The notes: generated by a model not told the origin, from the letters alone. A DNA stretch of 54,984 bases from Ornithinicoccus sp. (GCA_035303365.1 DATGRS010000140.1:1-54984), one strand, 5' to 3'; positions 30,912 to 40,623 are shown, counted from the stretch's first letter. Numbers and translations are program-made.

Positions 30912-31532
30912 ATGGCGACCGTGGACCCGGGACCGACGACGATCAAGCCGCTCACGGAAGAGACGTGGGACCTCTTCGCTGCTCTTGTCGAGAGGCACAA
31001 CGGGATCTTCGGGGGGTGTTGGTGCGTCTGGTTCCACCCTGACTGCGAGGAGCGGAATCAGAGCTATGAGGGCAACCGTGCACTGAAGCAACGGCTGGTC
31101 GCCGATGGCGTTGCGCACGCGGCGCTGGTCGTCCGTGAAGGGCAGGACGGTGAGGAGGCGATCGCCTGGGCGCAGTACGGGACGCCAGAGGAGTTGCCGA
31201 ACCTTCACCACCGCAAGCAGTACCTCGCGGACCTGGCCGCCGCGGCAGAGACCGAGCCGGACTACCGGATCACCTGCATCTTCGTCGACAAGCGATTCCG
31301 GAGCAACGGGCTCGTCACGGTGGCCCTTCAGGGGGCACTCGAGCAGATCGCCCAGGCGGGCGGCGGAGTGGTCGAGGGCTATCCGCATCTGCCAGCAGAG
31401 AAGAAGATGTCGTCGTCGTTCCTGTACAACGGCACGCGGGCCGTCTACGAGCGCGCCGGCTTCGACTTCATCCGGAACAAGGGCAAGCGGAACACGGTGA
31501 TGCGCCGCACCGTCGAGCCCCTGGTGCGATAG
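30912..31532 (+). CDS. GNAT-family acetyltransferase
   Basis: GGCWCVWF, WAQYG, ITCIFVDKRFRSNG, VEGYP. Confidence 0.8.
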   Translation: MATVDPGPTTIKPLTEETWDLFAALVERHNGIFGGCWCVWFHPDCEERNQSYEGNRALKQRLVADGVAHAALVVREGQDGEEAIAWAQYGTPEELPNLHHRKQYLADLAAAAETEPDYRITCIFVDKRFRSNGLVTVALQGALEQIAQAGGGVVEGYPHLPAEKKMSSSFLYNGTRAVYERAGFDFIRNKGKRNTVMRRTVEPLVR

Positions 31533-31614
31533 GTCCGTGCAGCTAGTCGAGCGTGGACCGCGCTCGGCTAAGTGGCTCTGGTGGTGGGCGACCGGGCGGG
31601 TGGAGAATCGGGGC

Positions 31615-32334
31615 GTGCCAGCCGCAACCGACGCCGTCGTCATCGACCGACTCACGGTCGACCGCGGCGGTGAGCGTGTGTTGGACGACCTCTCCTGCGC
31701 GGTCACGGGCGGGCGTGTCACCGGGTTGCTGGGCCCGTCCGGATCCGGCAAGACCACCCTGATCCGGGCCATTGTCGGGACACAACGGCTCCGGTCCGGC
31801 TCGGTCCACGTGCTGGGTATGCCGGCCGGTTCTGCCGAAGCGCGACGGCGGGTGGCCTACATGACCCAGGCCGCGAGCGTCTACCGAGACCTCTCGGTGC
31901 GCGAGAACGTCCGCTACTTCGGCGTCCTGGTCGGCGCCGGCGATGCGCAGGTGCGTGATGTGCTCGAGCAGGTCGGACTCACCGGCTGGGCCAGCGCCCT
32001 GGCGGGGAACCTGTCGGGCGGCCAGCTCTCCCGAGTCTCGCTGGCCTGCGCCCTGGTCGCCAGCCCGGACGTGCTTGTCCTTGACGAGCCCACCGTGGGT
32101 CAGGACCCGGTGCTGCGCGAGGAGCTCTGGTCGGACTTCCGCTCCCGTGCTGCGAGCGGCACCACCGTGCTGGTCTCGTCGCACGTGATGGATGAGGCCG
32201 AGCGCTGCGACGAGCTCATCCTCCTGCGTGGCGGTCGGATCCTCGACCAGGACACTCCACAGCAGCTGCGGGAGCGGACCGGCACCGCGAACCTCGACGA
32301 GGCGTTCCTCCGGCTCATCCGGGAGGAGGAGTGA
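31615..32334 (+). CDS. ABC transporter ATP-binding protein
   Basis: GPSGSGKT, LSGGQ, LDEPT, SSH; start uncertain. Confidence 0.95.
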   Translation: MPAATDAVVIDRLTVDRGGERVLDDLSCAVTGGRVTGLLGPSGSGKTTLIRAIVGTQRLRSGSVHVLGMPAGSAEARRRVAYMTQAASVYRDLSVRENVRYFGVLVGAGDAQVRDVLEQVGLTGWASALAGNLSGGQLSRVSLACALVASPDVLVLDEPTVGQDPVLREELWSDFRSRAASGTTVLVSSHVMDEAERCDELILLRGGRILDQDTPQQLRERTGTANLDEAFLRLIREEE

Positions 32335-33074
32335 GCGTGCACCTGCACCTCCTGGCCGCGACGGCCGCTCGCGTGCTGCGGCAGGCCCGGCACGACCGGC
32401 GCACCCTGGCGATCGTCCTGCTGGTCCCGCTGGTGCTGAGCTTCCTGCTCTCGGAGATGTTCGACGAGAACGCCCAGCTGCTGGACCGGGTGCTGCTCCA
32501 GATGCTGGCGGTCATGCCGCTGATCCTCATGTTCCTCCTGGCGGCCGTCGGCATGGTGCGCGAGCGGACCTCCGGCACCCTGGAACGGCTGATGACCACA
32601 CCCGCCGGACAGGTGGACGTCATCCTCGGCTACGCCACCGCGTTCGGTCTGCTGGCACTCGTCCAGGTCACCGTGGCCACGCTGTTCAGCTACTTCGTGC
32701 TGGACATGGAAGTCGCCGGCTCACTGTGGCTCGTGCTGCTCACCGCGGTGTTCGGCGGTCTCCTCGGGGTGTCGATGGGCCTGCTGGCAGCCTCGGTCTC
32801 GCACGGTGAGTTCCAGGCCGCACAGCTGATGCCCGCCACGACGATCCCGCAGATCGTGCTCTGCGGCCTCTTCGGTCCGCGCGATCAGATGGCCGACTGG
32901 CTCTACTGGCTGTCCTCCGCCTTCCCGCTGACCTACGTCGTCGAGGCGCTGGAGGAGGTGGGCCGGTATGCCGAGCCCACGAGCTGGTACTGGATCTCCC
33001 TCGGCATCTCGGTCGCCTTCGTGCTCGCCCTGCTCATCCTGGCGTCGGCCAAGCTGCGACGTCGGACGGACTGA
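32331..33074 (+). CDS. ABC-2 type exporter permease
   Basis: ERTSGTLERL motif, about 6 TM helices, GTGA overlap with the ATPase. Confidence 0.9.
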   Translation: MSVHLHLLAATAARVLRQARHDRRTLAIVLLVPLVLSFLLSEMFDENAQLLDRVLLQMLAVMPLILMFLLAAVGMVRERTSGTLERLMTTPAGQVDVILGYATAFGLLALVQVTVATLFSYFVLDMEVAGSLWLVLLTAVFGGLLGVSMGLLAASVSHGEFQAAQLMPATTIPQIVLCGLFGPRDQMADWLYWLSSAFPLTYVVEALEEVGRYAEPTSWYWISLGISVAFVLALLILASAKLRRRTD

Positions 33075-33221
33075 GCGCTCTCACTCCCGATCAGAGAGAA
33101 CGGCGTCCCGGACATGGCCGAGCAACGCCCGCTCGCCCTGTGCCACACCCGTCAGCCTTCCCAGGTGCCCATCGAGGCTCGCTCGTCATCGTATGGCCGG
33201 CCATGCATGCATGGAATGGCA

Positions 33222-33254
33222 GATGGGTCCACGTGGCGCACCACTGGACCCATC
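33222..33254. terminator. Stem-loop between convergent genes
   Basis: GATGGGTCCA-c-GTGG-cgca-CCAC-TGGACCCATC. Confidence 0.55.
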
Positions 33255-33276
33255 CACCGGGCAGTGTCAGCCGCGG

Positions 33277-34182
33277 TCAGGGCACGATCACGACCTTGCC
33301 GCCGGCGTGCCCCGACTCGACCGCGGCGATCGCGTCACGAGCCCGGTCGAGCGGATACTCAGCGGTGATCATCGGCGTGACCACCTCGTAGCCGATGACC
33401 CCGGCCATCTTCCTGAACGACTCGTCGCTGCTGACCCGACCCCTCCCACCGAGGTCAAGTGCGGTGGTCTCGTCCGCGGCGGAGATGATCAGGTCGGGTG
33501 ACTTGGCAAGTGGGGCGATGTCGCGCAGCGCCTGGCCACCGACCAGGTCGACGATGAGATCGACCCCGTCCGGTGCGATGTCGCGCACCGCCGCAGCCGC
33601 TCCGTCGCCCGAGGCGACGAACGTGGCACCAGTGGACTCCACCAGCGCGCGCTTGGACTCCGAAGCGATCCCGATGACCCTGAACTGGTGCACCCGGCCG
33701 ATGCCGGCAACGAGGTGGCCGACGCCACCGCCGGCGCCGAGGATGAGCAGGGTCTGTCCGGCCTCCAGCTCGATGTCGTGGGTGAGGTCGTATGCCGTGG
33801 AGCCCGCGAGAGGGATGGTCGCGGCGACCTGGAAGGAGATGTTCTCGGGCTTGGCCAGGACGTCCTCCACCCGCAGGACGGCGTGGTCGGCGAAACCGCC
33901 CTCACCCTCGGCAACGAAGCCGATGACGTCGTCTCCCACGGCATACGCCTCGACCCCGGCGCCGACTGCGACGACGGTGCCGGAGACCTCGAAGCCCAGG
34001 GCCCGGGGGAGCCGCTCGTCCCGGCCGAACTCTCCCTCGCGCAGCTTCACATCCGCAGGGTTCACCCCCGCGGCGCGGACCTCGACGACGATCTCGCCTG
34101 CTCCCGGCTCGGGGACGGGACGCTCGATCAGCTCCTCGCCCTCGGGGCCGCCGTACTGGTTGAACACATATGCCCGTGACAT
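33277..34182 (-). CDS. NADP-dependent oxidoreductase (MDR/quinone reductase family)
   Basis: MSRAYVFNQYGGPE, AAGVNPAD, LGAGGGVG, GKVVI; AAGGAG ribosome-binding site. Confidence 0.9.
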   Translation of the reverse strand: MSRAYVFNQYGGPEGEELIERPVPEPGAGEIVVEVRAAGVNPADVKLREGEFGRDERLPRALGFEVSGTVVAVGAGVEAYAVGDDVIGFVAEGEGGFADHAVLRVEDVLAKPENISFQVAATIPLAGSTAYDLTHDIELEAGQTLLILGAGGGVGHLVAGIGRVHQFRVIGIASESKRALVESTGATFVASGDGAAAAVRDIAPDGVDLIVDLVGGQALRDIAPLAKSPDLIISAADETTALDLGGRGRVSSDESFRKMAGVIGYEVVTPMITAEYPLDRARDAIAAVESGHAGGKVVIVP

Positions 34183-34225
34183 CAGGACTCTCCTTGGTGT
34201 GGTGCTGACAGGTTGCTTGCCGTGC

Positions 34226-34257
34226 GGCGTCGGCCGACCTGGGGGTCGGCCGACGCC
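34226..34257. terminator. GC-rich hairpin downstream of the P-type ATPase
   Basis: GGCGTCGGCCGACC-tggg-GGTCGGCCGACGCC, perfect 14-bp stem. Confidence 0.55.
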
Positions 34258-34267
34258 CGCCCTGGGA

Positions 34268-36226
34268 TCAGGCTGGCTGGGGGGTGCGCACCTCGCCGGC
34301 CCTTGCCGGCGTCCCGGTGCCCGTGCCGTCGCCCGGTCGATCGAGCGTGCGTCCACCGTGGCGGCGCAGGAGCCGCATCGCGTTGGCGATGACGACCAGC
34401 ACGGACATCTCGTGGACGAGCATCCCGATGGCCATCGTCACACCGCCGAAGAGGACTCCGGCGAGCAGTGCCGCCACCGTGACCAGCGCGATCACGATGT
34501 TCTGGCGCATGTTGTTGACCGTGCGCCGCGCCAGCGAGACCGCCTCGGGCAGCTTGAGCAGGTTGTCCTTCATCAGCGCGATGTCGGCCGTCTCAATGGC
34601 TACGCCGGTGCCGGCCGCACCCATCGCCACGCCGATGTCCGCAGTGGCCAGTGCCGGCGCGTCGTTCACGCCGTCACCCACCATCGCCACTGTGTAACCC
34701 TGCCGCTGCAGGTCGGTCACGGCGTCCAGCTTGTCCTCCGGCAGGAGACCGGCGCGGATCTCGTCGACGCCCACCTGGGAGCCGACGGCCCTGGCCACCG
34801 GCTCGATGTCGCCGGTGAGCATGACCACCTTCTTGACGCCCGCCCCGTGCAGCTGCCGGACCATCTCCCGGGCATCGTCACGCACCTGGTCGGCGACTCC
34901 GACCACGCCGATCACCCGTCCGTCACGCGCCACCACCATCGGGGTCCGACCCGCAGCCGCGAGCTCCTGCCCGACCTCCGCGGCGCGGGCGTCGTCGCTG
35001 GGGTCGCGACCCTGCTCGGACTCGATCAGAGCCAGGTTCCCCACCGCGATCCGGTGGCCCTCGAGGGTCGCCACGATCCCCTTGCCCGGGACCGGCTCGG
35101 TGTGCTCCGGCAGGCCGACAACCGGCAGACCCGCCGCGTTCGCCGCGTCGATGATGGGCTTGGCCAACGGGTGCTCCGAGCCGGCCTCGGCGCGCGCCGC
35201 GGTCAGCAGCACCTCGTCGCGGTCCACGTCGGGCTGGAGCGGCACGATGTCGGTGAGCTTGGGGCGTCCCTCAGTCAGCGTCCCCGTCTTGTCCAGCGCG
35301 ACGGCGTCCACCCTGGCCGAGGTCTCCAGGAACTCGCCACCCTTGATCAGGATGCCGTCCTTGGCGCCCCGGCCGATGCCGGCCACGATCGAGACCGGGA
35401 TGGAGATGACCAGGGCCCCGGGGCAGCCGATGACGAGGAGCGTCAGGGCGAGCACGACGTCGCGGGTGATCAGGCCGAAGATCACGGCCATCACGATGAT
35501 GGCGGGGGTGTACCAGGCGGAGAAGCGGTCCATGAACGCCTGGGTCTTCGCCTTGGCGTCCTGGGCCTCCTCCACCCGGTGGATGATGCGCGCGAGCGTC
35601 GTATCTGCTCCCACCCCGGTCGCGGTGACCTGGAGGAACCCGCCGGTGGCAATGGTGCCGGCGAAGACCTTGTCGCCGGCGGACTTCTCAACCGGGATGG
35701 ACTCTCCGGTGATGGACGCCTCGTCCAGCGCGCCCGTGCCGGCGGAGACAACTCCGTCGACCGGCACCTTCGCACCGTTCTTGACCAGGACGGTCTCGCC
35801 CTCGCGGACCTCCGCGGCGCCGACCTCGACCTGCTGACCGTCCCGCAGGACGACGGCGACGTCGGGGGCCACGGCGATGAGCTCAGCCAGGGCCGAGCGT
35901 GTCTTGTTGAGGGTCGCGGACTCCAGCGCGTGACCGACGGCGAACAGGAAGGTCACCGCAGCGGCCTCCCAGTACTCGCCGATCACGACCGCGCCGATCG
36001 CGGCGACGGAGACCAGCAGGTCGATGCCGATCACCTTCGCGGTCAGTGCCCGCCAGGCCTTGATCACGACCGGCGTGCCGGCGACCACCGCGGCGGCGAC
36101 CATGAAGAGGTCGCCCCAGCCCGGCTCGCCAAGGAGCTGGCTCGAGGCAAGCGATGCAAGGATCAGCAGCCCCGAGACGGTGGGCACGGTCCAGCGGCCG
36201 CTCAGCCAGCTGTGCACGTGGTTCAT
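34268..36226 (-). CDS. Heavy-metal-translocating P1B-type ATPase
   Basis: TGES, CPGAL (CPx), DKTGT, SEHP, MVGDGVNDAPAL; no N-terminal HMA domain. Confidence 0.95.
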   Translation of the reverse strand: MNHVHSWLSGRWTVPTVSGLLILASLASSQLLGEPGWGDLFMVAAAVVAGTPVVIKAWRALTAKVIGIDLLVSVAAIGAVVIGEYWEAAAVTFLFAVGHALESATLNKTRSALAELIAVAPDVAVVLRDGQQVEVGAAEVREGETVLVKNGAKVPVDGVVSAGTGALDEASITGESIPVEKSAGDKVFAGTIATGGFLQVTATGVGADTTLARIIHRVEEAQDAKAKTQAFMDRFSAWYTPAIIVMAVIFGLITRDVVLALTLLVIGCPGALVISIPVSIVAGIGRGAKDGILIKGGEFLETSARVDAVALDKTGTLTEGRPKLTDIVPLQPDVDRDEVLLTAARAEAGSEHPLAKPIIDAANAAGLPVVGLPEHTEPVPGKGIVATLEGHRIAVGNLALIESEQGRDPSDDARAAEVGQELAAAGRTPMVVARDGRVIGVVGVADQVRDDAREMVRQLHGAGVKKVVMLTGDIEPVARAVGSQVGVDEIRAGLLPEDKLDAVTDLQRQGYTVAMVGDGVNDAPALATADIGVAMGAAGTGVAIETADIALMKDNLLKLPEAVSLARRTVNNMRQNIVIALVTVAALLAGVLFGGVTMAIGMLVHEMSVLVVIANAMRLLRRHGGRTLDRPGDGTGTGTPARAGEVRTPQPA

Positions 36227-36323
36227 CTCGTTCTCCTCTCAGGATGTCTCACTTGTTGATGGGGGTATGCCGATCGATCGCCGGCCCGGGCCCGGCTCAC
36301 GGGGACCCGGGCCGAGCACGGAC

Positions 36324-36560
36324 TCAGAAGGCGGCGGGCTTGGCGGTGTAGCCGGCCTTGGCGATGGCCGCGACCAGGTCGTCGGTGCTGGCGAGGGCCG
36401 GGTCGTGCACGACCTCGACGCGAGCCGAGGCGAAGTGCACGGTGACGGACTCGACGCCCTCGAGCCGGCTCACCTGCTTCTCGATCTTGCCCACACAGGA
36501 CGGGCAGGAGAAGCCCTCGGCCCGAAGGATGGTCTTGGTGGTGTTCGTGATGGTGCTCAC
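36324..36560 (-). CDS. Heavy-metal-associated (CopZ-like) chaperone
   Basis: GFSCPSC motif, 78 aa, AAAGGA ribosome-binding site. Confidence 0.9.
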   Translation of the reverse strand: MSTITNTTKTILRAEGFSCPSCVGKIEKQVSRLEGVESVTVHFASARVEVVHDPALASTDDLVAAIAKAGYTAKPAAF

Positions 36561-36637
36561 GGTTGCGTCCTTTCGCTTGTCGTCGGCGCCCTCTTGTGGG
36601 GCGTGACTTCAAGTTACGGACTTCGGCGACCGCGTTC

Positions 36638-36653
36638 CTTGACCCAGGTCAAG
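36638..36653. promoter_or_regulatory. FNR/Crp-family-type box CTTGAC-CCAG-GTCAAG
   Basis: Perfect inverted repeat matching the TTGAY-N4-RTCAA pattern, about 80 bp upstream of the chaperone-ATPase operon. Confidence 0.65.
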
Positions 36654-36712
36654 TCCGCGCGGAGACCCGAGAAAGTCACCATCAGCGCTCGTCTCGGCCG
36701 CGAAGCGCGGCG

Positions 36713-37183
36713 TCAGAGCTGGTCGGACACCAAGGCCATCGCCGTGCGCACCGCCGTCACGGCGTCGTCCGCCGCGTGCAGCCGCTCGGGGAGCTGCCAG
36801 CCGTGGAGCGCGACGACCGGCACGCCGGTGCGCACCGCGAGCGCGACCTCGCTCAGCGTCCCCCAGCTCCCGCCCACGCAGATCACGACGTGGCAGCTGC
36901 GGACCACGAGGGCGTTGCGCATCTCCCCCAGGCCGGTCGGCAGCGCCACGGTGAGGAAGTCGTTTCCCTCCGTCCGGGACGACCCGGGCAACAGGCCCAC
37001 GGTCAGCCCACCCTCGGCATACGCGCCCCGTGAGGCAGCCTCCATCACGCCACCGAGCCCACCGGTGACCACGGTGCAGCCCTCCCTGGCGAGCAGACGC
37101 CCGACGTCCTCGGCCTCAACCAGGAGGTCAGGAGAGACATCGCGCCCCGGACCCACCACCGCGACGTACACCGCCTCAGCCAC
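36713..37183 (-). CDS. TIGR00725/LOG-family nucleotide-binding protein
   Basis: TGGLGGVMEAASRG, VGLLPG, GEMRN, GGSWGTLSE. Confidence 0.85.
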   Translation of the reverse strand: MAEAVYVAVVGPGRDVSPDLLVEAEDVGRLLAREGCTVVTGGLGGVMEAASRGAYAEGGLTVGLLPGSSRTEGNDFLTVALPTGLGEMRNALVVRSCHVVICVGGSWGTLSEVALAVRTGVPVVALHGWQLPERLHAADDAVTAVRTAMALVSDQL

Positions 37184-37254
37184 GCCAGCTCCCTTCGCCC
37201 GCGTCCAGCGTAGGCGCACGGGCAGCGGTCCTGGCAGAGCAGAAGTGCGAAACT

Positions 37255-37274
37255 GGATACCCCCTGGGGTATCC
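37255..37274. promoter_or_regulatory. CsoR/RcnR-family operator GGATACCCCCTGGGGTATCC
   Basis: TAC-C-tract/G-tract-GTA pseudo-palindrome immediately upstream of the rhodanese ATG 37282. Confidence 0.75.
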
Positions 37275-37281
37275 TCTCCCC

Positions 37282-37602
37282 ATGACTCGTGAGATTCCCA
37301 TGGATACCCTTCTGTCCCGGCACGCCGACGGAGGCTTCGTCCTCGACGTTCGTGAGCCCGCTGAGTACGTCACCGGCCACGTGCCCGGAGCGGTGCTCGC
37401 GCCCATGAGCAGGATCACGTCCGCACTCGATGCGGTGCCCCGCGACCGCACGGTCCACGTCATCTGCCAGACGGGCAACCGCTCCGCTGCGATGGCCGAT
37501 CTGCTCGTCGCGCTGGGCTACGACGCGGTGTCCGTCGCGGGTGGGACCTCGGCCTGGAGTGCCGCGGGCCGTCCGCTGGTGTCCGGGGCCAGGGCAGCAT
37601 GA
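37282..37602 (+). CDS. Rhodanese-like domain protein
   Basis: LDVREPAEYVTGHVPGA, CQTGNRS, GGTSAW. Confidence 0.9.
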   Translation: MTREIPMDTLLSRHADGGFVLDVREPAEYVTGHVPGAVLAPMSRITSALDAVPRDRTVHVICQTGNRSAAMADLLVALGYDAVSVAGGTSAWSAAGRPLVSGARAA

Positions 37603-38075
37603 CGGGCCGGTCCATTCTGGTTGTCGTCTCGGCGGCGGCCCTCGCACTTGCGGGGTGCACGGACACCGCGACAACGGACGTCACGGCGCCGGACAGTGCG
37701 CAAGGGGTAGGTGCCGGCACCACCCAGGAGGGCCAGGTGGTTGCAACCTCGCCCGCCAACGGCGCCACGCTCGAGGCCGACGCGTTCGCCGCGGCGCTGG
37801 CCGCACCGGGCACCGTCGTCCTGGACGTGCGCACGCCGGCGGAGTTCGCGTCCGGTCACCTCGAGGGTGCCGTCAACCTCGATGTGTCCTCACCCGACTT
37901 CGCCCAGGTGTTGGCGGGGCTGGACCCAGACGTTGCCTACGCCGTGTACTGCCGGAGCGGCAACCGCTCCGCCGCCGCGCTGGAGCTGATGCTCGGACAG
38001 GGCTTCACCTCCGGCTACCACCTCGGCGGCGGCATCGCGGCGTGGACCGAGTCGGGGCGCCCGGTCGTCACCTGA
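37599..38075 (+). CDS. Rhodanese-domain lipoprotein
   Basis: Lipobox LAGC; LDVRTPAEF, YCRSGNRS, GGIAAW; ATGA overlap. Confidence 0.85.
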   Translation: MTGRSILVVVSAAALALAGCTDTATTDVTAPDSAQGVGAGTTQEGQVVATSPANGATLEADAFAAALAAPGTVVLDVRTPAEFASGHLEGAVNLDVSSPDFAQVLAGLDPDVAYAVYCRSGNRSAAALELMLGQGFTSGYHLGGGIAAWTESGRPVVT

Positions 38076-38170
38076 CCCGGATGGGCGACACGCACGCGCG
38101 AGTCCGGATCTCATCAACCTCTCATTCACCCGTCGTTCACTAGGGTGGAGCAACGGGGAACGGAGGACTC

Positions 38171-39331
38171 ATGGTGCGAGCTCGTGCCACAGCGCACGCC
38201 AGGCGCACTGTTCGGGGTCTGCTGGACGGCCTGCGCCGGCCCTGGGAGAAGGGCGTCGAGAGCGACCCCGCGAGCCGCCGACGGTTGAGCCGGGTGGATG
38301 CGGCGATGGACGTGGTCCAGCGCGTCGAGGAGATGGATCCGGAGCTCCCCAGGACCCGTGCCGCACGCGACTTCCTCACCATCGACCGGGTGGCCCGCCG
38401 GCCGGGTGCGGAGACCTTCCTGGACACCATGGTCCCCAGACCGCTGCGGGGTGCGTGGGTCCAAGACCGGCCGGGGGTGCAGCAGGCGCTGTTTCCCGTC
38501 GCTGCGGACCTTGTCGTCCTGGCCAAGTTCGACCTCGGCGAGCAGGTCAAGCTGCGTGCTGGTTATGGCGACCGGCGGCGCACGCTGGCGGTGGCTCCGG
38601 TGCGACCCAACGGCATGTGCCCCATCACGAACTCGGTGCGTGCGCACGAGATCGTCAACCGCTACGCCCCCGACCTCATCCCGAGGATGCTGAGCCACGG
38701 AGAGCTGGAGGAGGGTCTGCGCTACCTCGTGGAGGAGTGGGTCGAGGGGGAGCCGCTGACCGACTCCCTGCGCCTGGCGGCGCACACCCCCCAGATCCTG
38801 GAGGGGTTGGGCCGCGTGCACGAGGGCTACGGCATCCACGGCCGGTCGGCGTCCGAGATCTGGGGAGGCGGCTTCGGCAAGCAGTGGCAGGCGGTCCGGG
38901 ACGCCGGGCTCGTGCCCGACGACATCGGGGCCCCGGTTGCCGCCCTCATCGCTGACAACCGCCGGCTGCGGATGTCGTGGTCGCACGGCGACCTCGTCGC
39001 CTCCAACGTCCTGGCCACCCCGGGCGGACCGGTGATCATCGACTGGGAGCACGCGCGCGAGCGTCCGGTGATGCACGACGCGGCAAAGCTGCATCTCTTC
39101 GCGGCGGACAAGGAGCCGCTCCTGGGACTGCTCCTGGCCGAGTGGGGCGACAACCTCGCCGAGGACGGCTACACCGCGGCCGAGGAGCTGGCGCTCGTGC
39201 ACGCCCACTTCCTCTCCCGCGCTCCCGCACGGATGGCCGACCTCGCCGGGCATCGCCGCAGCGGGGTGTACACCCGTCAGGTCACCAAGCAGGCCGCCCT
39301 GCTGGGTGATGTGCTCGGCCGCATCAGCTGA
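38171..39331 (+). CDS. Aminoglycoside phosphotransferase/choline-kinase-like protein
   Basis: LVEEWVEG hinge, HGDLVASNV, IIDWE; GGAGG ribosome-binding site. Confidence 0.75.
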   Translation: MVRARATAHARRTVRGLLDGLRRPWEKGVESDPASRRRLSRVDAAMDVVQRVEEMDPELPRTRAARDFLTIDRVARRPGAETFLDTMVPRPLRGAWVQDRPGVQQALFPVAADLVVLAKFDLGEQVKLRAGYGDRRRTLAVAPVRPNGMCPITNSVRAHEIVNRYAPDLIPRMLSHGELEEGLRYLVEEWVEGEPLTDSLRLAAHTPQILEGLGRVHEGYGIHGRSASEIWGGGFGKQWQAVRDAGLVPDDIGAPVAALIADNRRLRMSWSHGDLVASNVLATPGGPVIIDWEHARERPVMHDAAKLHLFAADKEPLLGLLLAEWGDNLAEDGYTAAEELALVHAHFLSRAPARMADLAGHRRSGVYTRQVTKQAALLGDVLGRIS

Positions 39332-40064
39332 CCGGCAACCGATAGACCGACACGTGCGAGGCGGAGTCGGCGGTGAACTCGCCACCCTCCCAGTCGGCGT
39401 GCCGACTCTCCAGCTCGAACCCTGCCAGCTGCGCCATCAGGTCCAGCTCGGCGGGCCAGACGTATCGGTGCGGCGACCGGAACAACTGCGCCGCCTGGTC
39501 CTGGCCGAAGCGGAAGTGGTGTGAGACCACGTGCTGCCGGAGGGTGTCGTAGGTGTCGAGCAGGATGTAGCCGTCCCGGACCTCGACGACGGTGCCGCCG
39601 CGTCCGGGCGGCAGAGCCCGCAGCTCGGGCACCCACAGCTCGACGACGAACTTGCCTCCGGGCCGCAGGTGGGCAGCAGCGTTGCGGAAGCACTGGACCT
39701 GCTCGGCCTGCGTCTGCAGGTTGGAGATGGTGTTGAACACCAGGAACACCAGGGCGAACTGGCCGGGCACCCGGGTGGTTGCCATGTCCCCGATGAACAC
39801 CGGGATGGTCTGCGCGTCGGCCTTCTGGCGGAGCCGGTCGACCATCGCCGGCGACAGCTCGATGCCGGTGACCGGCACGCCGCGTTCCGCCAGTGGTATG
39901 CCGACGCGCCCGGTCCCGATGGCCAGCTCCAGGGCCGCCCCGTCGCCGGCCAGCCGCGCCAGCATGTCGACCGTGGGGTCGAGCACGTCAGCGGCGAACA
40001 TGCCGGTGCCGGGGGTGTCGTAGGAGCGGGCGGCCCGCTCGTCCCACAGGTCCTCCTGGTGCAT
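39324..40064 (-). CDS. Class I SAM-dependent methyltransferase
   Basis: ALELAIGTGR, GIELS, GDM, VFNTISNL, HLRPGG. Confidence 0.9.
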   Translation of the reverse strand: MHQEDLWDERAARSYDTPGTGMFAADVLDPTVDMLARLAGDGAALELAIGTGRVGIPLAERGVPVTGIELSPAMVDRLRQKADAQTIPVFIGDMATTRVPGQFALVFLVFNTISNLQTQAEQVQCFRNAAAHLRPGGKFVVELWVPELRALPPGRGGTVVEVRDGYILLDTYDTLRQHVVSHHFRFGQDQAAQLFRSPHRYVWPAELDLMAQLAGFELESRHADWEGGEFTADSASHVSVYRLPVS

Positions 40065-40188
40065 GGACCCACCATCGCCCTTCCATGCCACGAGGGCGAA
40101 CCCGTTTCCGTGGCGAGCGTCGGTGCGCGGTGGTTTGCTGGGTGCATGCGTCGATGGGGCGCAGTCCGGACGACCATAGGAGTAGTCA

Positions 40189-40572
40189 GTGCGACGGGTT
40201 ATCGACCACTTCGGCATCAACTGTGCCGACCTGGCAGTGAGCGCCACGTTCTACGACACCGTCCTGGCGCCGTTGGGTGTCCGGCGCCTCATTGACCACG
40301 GCGTGGCCATGGGCTACGGGGCGGAGTATCCCGACTTCTGGCTCAGCAACGGTGCCGCGGAGGGCCCCAACCGCGAGATGCACCTGGCCTTCCGGGCTGG
40401 GAGCGAGGAGGAGGTCCGGGCCTTCCACGAGGCGGCCCTCGGTCTTGGGGCGGAGGAGCTTCATGCGCCGCGCGAGTGGCCGGAGTACCACCCCGGCTAC
40501 TTCGGTGCCTTCGTGCGCGACCCCGACGGCAACAACGTCGAGGCGGTCTTCCACCGGCCACCGACCGAGTAG
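40189..40572 (+). CDS. VOC/glyoxalase family protein
   Basis: IDHFGI, HLAF, YFGAFVRDPDGNNVEAV. Confidence 0.9.
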   Translation: MRRVIDHFGINCADLAVSATFYDTVLAPLGVRRLIDHGVAMGYGAEYPDFWLSNGAAEGPNREMHLAFRAGSEEEVRAFHEAALGLGAEELHAPREWPEYHPGYFGAFVRDPDGNNVEAVFHRPPTE

Positions 40573-40623
40573 TGGGGCCGGACAAAAGTAACCGGGCGAC
40601 CGCGTAGCCGGGCCGACCGGCGG

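Noticed and set aside
33395-36259. 954-aa plus-strand ORF (and many similar long ORFs such as 2520..3959, 11747..13258, 21507..23270)
   Set aside because: Antisense or alternative-frame shadows of well-supported genes, expected in high-GC DNA; no recognisable motifs
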